Shown here: one piece after another, positions 54,475 through 64,000 of the stretch
Position numbering within the stretch: position 1 is the first letter of the stretch
Layout: every line of letters begins with the position of its first letter
Assembly: GCA_964016885.1 (NCBI GenBank)
Contig: CAXHJY010000146.1
Location: forward strand, 33,665-97,664
Reading direction: 5' to 3'
Source of the DNA: Eledone cirrhosa
Taxonomy: Eukaryota
Length of the DNA: 64,000 nt
Translations under genes and position numbers: made by a program
The notes under the pieces: generated by a model
What the model was told of the DNA's origin: nothing
The model's database searches: none
What the model saw: only the letters and a program-made list of their open reading frames with translations

Positions 54475-54922
54475 CTTTTGCATGGGTTTGGACGGGGGTT
54501 TTCCCACTTGAGGCAAGAGTGATTGTCTTGCTCGCATAGGACTGCCTGGCAGGTTTTCTACAGTTGGATGCCCTTCCTAACACCAACCACATTTACAGTG
54601 TGGGACTGGGAGGTTTTTACCGTGTTGCCTACACGGCCACATTACAGCGTGGACTGTGTGTTTTTTTGTCGTGACACCTACACGATCTCATTGTTTCGGC
54701 CTGGATGTTGTGGCACCAACATAACTTTACATAGGAGGGGGTGGTGTGGAGGGACGGGGGTGTATTTTGTTAGAGATGCCTACTGGCTGTAGTAGGTTTT
54801 ACTATGTATTTAGGTAAGGCGGGTCTTCTCTATTACTGAGTACCGCCAAAGGTCTCGGTCCAGTGACATTGTCTTGGAGAGGTGTAAGTGTGTGAGGTCG
54901 GAGTTTATCAGCTCGTCCCAGG
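54445..54922 (-). mobile_element. RTE subfamily B 3' fragment ending in poly(A)
   Basis: Nearly identical to 56303-56760, but the terminal ~25 nt and (GAT)n are replaced by ~A30. Confidence 0.9.
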
Positions 54923-56260
54923 ATATATATGCAAGCAGGGAAAATGATGATGATATATATATATACACAATTGTTAATCAATTAACAACAAGCATTTTGA
55001 TATATTTAGGGAGGCAAGAGGGAAAGAATCTCATTTAATGATTCTATAGAACAGAACTTGGATATCTGGAAATATGGTGCTCGGTTGTATTCTAACAAAA
55101 TGGAAATGAGAATTTCATAAGAAAAACTGAACAGGTCAAATAAAAGCAGTGATATATATTATTATAACAACCAAGGAAAACAAGTGAACAACTATCAGTT
55201 AAAGATCAATGGAATATTGATTTCCAATAAGTTGACTTACTTGAAAGGAGAAACAGTGACCCATATAATGAAACCATTTTTAAATTCAGGTGCTAATATT
55301 TTAGTCCCATTATATTAACAGATGTCTTATGAAGACATTCCAAAATTCAATTTGCCTTCCATAAGCTTTCAACAATAAAACTATTGCATTGTTAACATAT
55401 ATGGATTTTGGTGTTAATTATCATTCTATGTGTGTAGTGATAAAGGATGACATTTCTAAGAAATTCACTGATTATTTGTAATGTATATTCAAATAAAATT
55501 ATTTGCAGCTTAGGAAGACATTGGGATACTTCCAAAAGATATCAAAACATTCAGTTTCAAACATCACTTGTAACATTAAGCCTAATTCCAATAATTTTCT
55601 CTTTCAAAGTGAAAACAATTATTCAATATATTTCAATAGGACACTAGCCAAAAGAGGGACTCGCTACCTATTTGTTTGATCTATATATCTCCCTCAAATC
55701 ACACTGCTTCATATTAAAAAATCAAGGACACACTGGATAATTCTATGCAGGAAAGAGACATAGGTTTGCTCAGTCCATGCTAAGCCTGGGCTAACCAACA
55801 AGAACAAGCAAATGTAAAATGAAAAATCCACCATCAGCATTTTTACGACCGCTTTTCTATGCTGGCATGACATTTTGAGGCAGTGTTTTACAGCCAGATT
55901 CACATACCAATGGCAACCATTTAGTGACACATGGGGATATGATGTGCCTATATTCTAAAAACCATGATACAGACACCTATATATACATTATATATATATA
56001 TATATATATATATGTCCCACCCTTGCAAGCAGGGAAAAGTGGACGTAAAATGATGATGATGATGATATATATATATATATATATTATATTATATACATGG
56101 CTGTGTACCGAAGATGTTTATTTTACAGACATAGTTTCAGATTCAATCTCACAGTGCAGTAATCTGGGGAAATTACTTCTGTTAAAGCCTTTGGTACACC
56201 AATACCTCTAAAGGAGGAAACTATACAGAAGACTATGGTATATATATATTTATTTATATA

Positions 56261-59200
56261 TCATCATCATCATCATCAACGTTTAACGTCCATGTTCCAC
56301 GCTTGCATGGGTTTGGACGGGGGTTTTCCCACTTGAGGCAAGAGTGATCGTCTTGCTCGCATAGGACTGTCTGGCAGGTTTTCTAGTTGGATGCCCTTCC
56401 TAACACCAACCACATTTACAGTGTGGGTCTGGGAGGTTTTTACCGTGTTGCCTACACGGCCACATTACAGCGTGGACTGTGTGTTTTTTTGTCGTGACAC
56501 CTACACGATCTCATTTGTTTCGGCCTGGATGGTGTGGCACCAACATAACTTTACATAGAAGGGGGCGGTGTGGATGGGGTGGGGGTGGTGGGACGGGGTG
56601 TATTTTGTTAGAGATGCCTACTGACTGTAGTAGGTTTTACTTTGTATTTAGGTAAGGCGGGTCTTCTCTATTACTGAGTACCGCCAAAGGTCTCGGTCCA
56701 GTGACATTGTCTTGGTGAGGTGTAAGTGTGTGAGGTCGGAGTTTATCAGCTCGTCCCAGGTTTTTCTGGGTCTGCCTATTCCGTGGCTACCGTCTATCTT
56801 TATTGCCCTGCACTTTGTTATACAGCTATCGTCCTTCATGCGCATCACGTGACCATACCAACGTAGCCTTCTCTCTAGTAAACAACATCTGATCCCTCTT
56901 ATTTCTAATTTTTTCCTTAGTTCGTTTTTGCTTTGTCGTTCACGTATATTACTATTACACATCCAGCGGAGCATGCAAGCTTCGTTTCTCTCTAATCTGC
57001 GTATATCCTCTGCACACAATGCCCAGGTCTCACTGCCATGCAACATTGCTGTTCGTATGCAGGCATCGTACAGCCTGCCTTTCATTTTTAGGGAGAACCC
57101 TTTAGCGGCTAATAGTGGTATAAGCTCTCTGAACTTTTTCCACCCACTTCTGACTCTAGCTACTGTACTTTCAGAGCACCCTCCCCCACTGCTGATTTTG
57201 TCACCCAGGTAACGGAAGCTGTCTACTATTTCTATAGAACCCTCTGCGCTGTTGAAAGAGCTAGTATTTTGTGGGCACTTGCTGCTACTTATTGCCCCAG
57301 AACACCGGCCACATGTAAAATCTATGTTCTTAGTTAGCTTACCTGTGATCCCACTACATCTTTTATGCACCCAAACTTTGCATTTGGGACACAAAATGGA
57401 ATTTCTACCTACGCCTTTCCTACACTCTGCGCATGGCCACTTCCCGGAGGGGACTGCCGCCTTATTTTCTTTCTTACAAACTAGAACTTTAGTCTTAGCC
57501 AGGTTAATTTTAAGGCCTTTTGATTCTAGGCCGTGCTTCTATGTTTGGAATTTCTTCTCTAGCTCGGCCATTGATTCAGCTATGAGCGTTAGATCATCTG
57601 CGTATAGGAGTTCCCATGGGCAGCCGGTCTTGAATTCCTCTGTTATAGCCTGGAGGGCAATAATAAATAGTAGGGGGCTAAGAACAGAGCCCTGATGAAC
57701 ACCAACTTTTAAACTAAACTCTTCACTATATTCGTTGTTAATTCTAACCTTGCTGACTGTTTCTTTGTACATGGCTTGTATAGCTCTCACAAGCCATTCA
57801 TCAACACCTAGTTTTCTAAGAGCCCACCAGATAATGGAACGGGGGACTCTGTCGAAGGCCTTCTCCAAGTCGACGAAAGCTAAGTATAGGGGTTTACTTT
57901 TAGCTAGGTACTTCTCCTGTAGTTGTCGTACAATGAAAAGAGCGTCTGTGGTACTTTTTCCTGACACAAACCCGAACTGCATTTCATCTAGATCAATTCG
58001 CTCTCTGATTAGTTGCGCTATTACTTTTTCCATGACCTTCATGACCTGGTCGATTAATTTAATGCCTCTATAGTTACTCCTATCTAGGGCATCTCCTTTA
58101 CCCTTATAACAGTTAACGATAATGCTGCTACGCCAGTCCTTCGGAACAACCCCATTCTGTATGACTTGGTTGACTATCCGGGTGACCATGGTGTGTCCCA
58201 CCGTACCAGATGCCTTCAGCATCTCGGCAACTATTTCCGAAGGCCCAGCCGCCTTGCCCAACTTCATATCTTTGATTGCCTTACTTATTATACTACCCTC
58301 GACTAACACTGCTGGTCCCTCTATTGGGTCGATGTGGGGGAGACTGTCTTTCTCCCATTTATTCTCCTCATTTAGTAGCCTTTCATAGTGACACTTCCAA
58401 GCTACCTTCTTATCGGCGTCGGTGATGGCAAGTATGCCGTCATCGTTAAGTACACACTTCTCCCCGACAATATCACTGTTTTCCTTGACACATTGCCTAG
58501 CAATCCTGAACACCTCACGTTTTTGGTCCTCACGTTGTAGAACATGCTTGAACTTTCTTTCCTCTGCTTCCCTTCTTGCGAAGTACACTTGTCTCCTAGC
58601 TTCCCTCCTGGCCACTTGATAGTCTTCTCTGCTTCCCCCATCCCGCCATACTTTCCAAGCCTGCTTTTTGGCCTTAATTGACCCCTCCACCTTACTGTTC
58701 CACCACCATGTTACTCTCCTCCTGCCTACAGGCCTGCTCCAGCCACAGACTTCGTCTGCCGCCGTCAGCAGGTTTGCTTTCAGGAATTCCCACTGTTCCT
58801 CTACCTTGTACATCTCTAATTGCTCTTCCTCACTGTCGAAAGCATCAAGTAATATGCTTTGGAATTTATTTTTGGCTGTGGGGTCCTTTAGCTTCCATAT
58901 TTTTCTCCTGAGGATAGTCCTCTTCTGTTGTCTAGTACGTCTCGTCCTGGCTATTAGGTCGCTAATTATCAGTCTATGTTGGGAAGTGCATTCTTCATGG
59001 GGGAGGGATTTAGTGTTTACGACAGTCACTTTGTCACGTCTTCTGGTAAGGATATAATCTAACTGGCTAGTATGTTCCCCAGATCTGTAGGTGATCAAGT
59101 GATTGTCTCGTTTTTTTGAAGTTAGTGTTGCAGATAGTTAGGTTATTTGCGTCGCAGAATTCCAGGATTCTGGAGCCTTCCTCATTTCTAGTCCCAAACC

Positions 59201-59952
59201 CATAGCCTCCATGGATTTCGTCATAGCCATCACAATGTTGTCCAACGTGACCGTTTAGGTCGCCTGCAATAATTATATAGTCACTGTCGGTTATTTGGGA
59301 GGTAGTGAGCATCAGTGTCTCATAGAATCTGTCTTTTATAGTGCTGGGCAGTCCGGATTGGGGTGCGTACGCGGATATTACTGTCACCGTAGTTCTATTG
59401 AGGACAAGTCTTATTTTAATTATTCTGTCGTTCACTCTATTTACGTCTATTATCTTATCTGCCCACTTTTCTGCTACCATGATTCCTACTCCACCCAGCC
59501 CATTGTCGTTTCCCACCCAGAAAGGCTAATAGCATCGTTTTCTACCCACAATGTATCTAGCAGATCCACCCCTCCACCTGGTCTCTTGAATACAACAAAC
59601 ATCGACCTCCTTACGTTCAAGCATTTCTACAACCTCGTTAGAGCGACCCTTTAAGGTGCCTACATTCAAGGTACCAAATCTGAAGTTTTGGATTGCGTTT
59701 GGGGAGATGGAAAGGTGGGGAGCGGGGGGAGATGGGGTTATGTTAGCCATCCGCGGCCGAAACAAAGAGGCATGCTCGCATTTTCGTCCTCGAGGTGTGA
59801 TTGTCTTTAACTTTGGCATTGTCGCTGAGCGTCCAGATTTTTCTCTCTTCAACTCTCCGGAACTCCGTAGTCCTTCCATACTACATATCGAAGGCGACCA
59901 GGTAAGCGATAGTATAGGCCTCTGGCTTATGATTGGTCCACGTAATAATAAT
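56261..59952 (-). mobile_element. Apparently full-length (~3.7 kb) RTE LINE, subfamily B
   Basis: Short GC-rich 5' leader, single EN-RT-PHD ORF, 3'UTR, (GAT)n tail; TA-rich DNA on both sides. Confidence 0.97.
56648..59879 (-). pseudogene. RTE ORF (APE endonuclease, RT, PHD insert), about 1076 codons with three lesions
   Basis: EN motifs [41 protein letters not shown]; RT motifs FVDLEKAFDRV, GVHQGSVLSP, YADD, YLG. Lesions: in-frame TAG 59526-59528, one extra A in an A7 run at 59111-59117, in-frame TAG 57539-57541. Start ATG uncertain (59879 or 59819). Confidence 0.93.
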
Positions 59953-60973
<1,021 letters not shown>

Positions 60974-60974
60974 T

Positions 60975-62207
60975 TAGAACTAGAGAATAAATTCCAAACC
61001 TGGAAGCAGGGACTAGAGAGAAAGGGCCTCAAAGTCAACATGACAAAGACTAAGGTCCTTATAAGTAGACGAGAAAACAGAACCCAGATCCCCTCAGGGA
61101 AATGGCCTTGCTCAGTATGTAGGAAAGGTGTAGGTAGGAACTCCATTCTTTGCCCCAAATGCAAACAATGGGTACACAAGAGATGTAGCGGGATCTCAGG
61201 AAGCTTAATTAAGAATGTAGGATTCACATGCAGCAGCTGTGCTGAAACAGCAAGCAAACAGCCACAGGAAACAAGTACCACCAATCTCTGGGAGGGCCCT
61301 GTAGAAACAGTAGACAGCTTCTGCTACCTAGGTGACCGAATTAGCAACGGAGGTGGGTGCTCAGAAAGTACAATAACTAGGGTAAGAACGGGATGGAAGA
61401 AGTTTAGGGAACTACTACCACTGCTAGCTGCAAAAGGCTTCTCCCTCAGAATGAAAGGCAGACTGTATGATGCGTGTATCCGAACAGCGATGTTGCATGG
61501 TAGTGAGACCTGGGCGCTGAAGGTGGAAGACTTACGTAGATTAGAGAGAAACGAAGCCTGCATGCTCCGATGGATGTGTAACAGTAATATACGTGAACGA
61601 CAAAGCATAAATGAATTGAGAGAGAGACTGAGCATAAGAGGAATCAAATGCTGCGTGCAAGGAGAGGCGGTTACGCTGGTATGGACATGTGATGCGTATG
61701 AAGGATGACAGCTGCATAAAAAGGTGCAGAGCACTAGAAGTTGATGGAAACCGCGGAGTGGGGAGACCCAAGATGACTTGGGATGAGGTGATAAAAGCCG
61801 ACCTTACCCAACTACACCTCTCAAAGTCAATGACACACGACCGTGACTTCTGGCGTCACGCAGTAATACAGGGTACCCGACCTCCCATGGGTACATGCTG
61901 AAGCATATAAACAATATGCCCCCCCCCCCCCCACCGCAAGGTGGTCGTGGAGGTGCCACGGCAAAAAAGCACCCAGCCCACACTGTAAAGTGGACGTGTA
62001 GGCGCCACGAAAAAGCACCCAGCACTCACTGTAAATGAGGTTGGTGTTAGGAAGGGCATCCAGCTGTAGAAATCAAGCCAGATCAGTTCCTGTATGAGCA
62101 AGGCATGGTCAGCCGACCAGACACTGCCCACAACAGGACAACCCGTCTAACCCATGCTAGCGTGGAAGAACGGACGTAAAAACGGTGATGATGATGATGA
62201 TGATGAT
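60975..62207 (+). mobile_element. 5'-truncated young RTE LINE (subfamily A)
   Basis: [21 protein letters not shown]...intact PHD...YLG...; one frameshift near 61660; 3'UTR and (GAT)n tail; embedded in microsatellite on both sides. Confidence 0.97.
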
Positions 62208-62763
62208 ACATATATATATATATATATACATACATATATAATATAATATATATATATACTAACATAATAATATTAATATAAAATACATACATAATATATA
62301 TATAATATATACAATACATATATAAATATATATAATACATATATAATATAAACTCATATATATAACATACAAAATATACATAACATACATACATATATAT
62401 ATATATATACATACATATATATATATATATATATACATACATATATATATATATATATACATACATTATAATATAAATATACATACATACATATATATAA
62501 TACATACATAATATATAATATATATACATACTAATATATACATATAATATATAATATACATACATATAACTATATATATATACATACATATATATAAATA
62601 TCATATACATACAATATATATATATAATATATACATACAATATATATATATATATATACATACATATATATATATATATATAATACATATCATATATATA
62701 TATATATACAAACATAATATATATATATATATATACATAAATATATATATAAATAAATACATA

Positions 62764-62803
<40 letters not shown>

Positions 62804-63429
62804 CATACATATATATAATATATAAATAACATAATACAATATATATAATACATACATAATATTATAAATACTTATATACATAAATATATAATATACATAC
62901 AACATACATATATATACACATACTACATATAAATATACTACATACATACATACAATAATATATATATACATACATATACACATATATATATACATACATA
63001 TAACATATATATATATACATATATATAATATATATTATATATATATAATATATACATACAATATATATATATATATATATATACTATATTATATATATAT
63101 ATATATACTATACATATATATATATATATATAATATAAATATATATATATATACATACTATCAACATATATAATATATATATACAATATATACATATATA
63201 TATATAAATATATATATAATATATATATATATAAATATAACAACATATATATATATATATACATACATACTATATAAATAAAATACATCATAATAATATA
63301 TACTATATATATACATAATATATATATATATATATACACATATATATATATATATATACACATATATATATATATATATATACACATATATATATATATA
63401 TATACACATATATATATATATATATACAC

Positions 63430-63461
<32 letters not shown>

Positions 63462-63517
63462 ATATATACACATATATATATATATATATACACATATATA
63501 TATATATATATATACAC

Positions 63518-63548
<31 letters not shown>

Positions 63549-63740
63549 TATAATATATATATATACACATATATATATATATATATATACACATATATAT
63601 ATATATATATATATACACTATATATATATATATATATATACACATATATATATATATATATATACACATATATATATATATATACTATACACATATATAT
63701 ATATATATATATACACATATATATATATATATATATACAC

Positions 63741-63771
<31 letters not shown>

Positions 63772-63862
63772 TATATATATATATATACACTTATATATAT
63801 ATATAATATATTACACATATATATATATATATATAACATATATATATATATAATATACACAA

Positions 63863-63916
<54 letters not shown>

Positions 63917-64000
63917 CATATATATATATTATATACATATACATATATATATATACATATATACATATATATACATATATACATATATATACATATATAC
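62208..64000. repeat. >1.8 kb TA/CA compound microsatellite running off the window
   Basis: Irregular portion 62240-63330, then regular CACA(TA)9-like units of ~22 nt. Confidence 0.97.

Noticed and set aside
59700-59952. HDV-like ribozyme in the full-length RTE leader
   Set aside because: Plausible from RTE biology, but I could not assemble P1/P1.1/P2/P3 by eye; needs a descriptor search.

Overview
This is AT-rich animal genomic DNA. The repeat complement (RTE LINEs with (GAT)n tails, tRNA-derived SINEs, TTAA-flanked MITEs, huge TA/CA microsatellites) looks like an octopod cephalopod; that is inference. The only convincing host coding sequence is one minus-strand exon (132-684) encoding a chromodomain and basic linker, a CDYL/MPP8-type layout. 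The gene runs out of the window to the left. Its 5' end probably lies in a CpG-retaining, promoter-like block at about 44.6-46.8 kb, which would make most of the window one long 5' intron region. The rest is transposons: two young RTE subfamilies (one near-intact ~3.7 kb copy), older RTE and CR1-like relics, a Vingi/Ingi-type LINE, CRE-type fragments, hAT, Tigger and piggyBac-like MITEs, a Helitron and many SINEs. Most notable: (1) a C4HC3 PHD finger inserted inside the RT domain of the young RTEs, which often sit in (TA)n tracts; (2) a twin-priming-type 5' inversion with a perfect 13-bp TSD in a non-L1 LINE; (3) an AG|GTAAG recursive-splice-like 51-nt exon that could start the chromodomain protein without its first aromatic-cage residue; (4) inverted RTE pairs that could be A-to-I editing substrates. 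I see no clearly new multi-gene system. All ORFs made of YIYI/CVCV are microsatellite artefacts.
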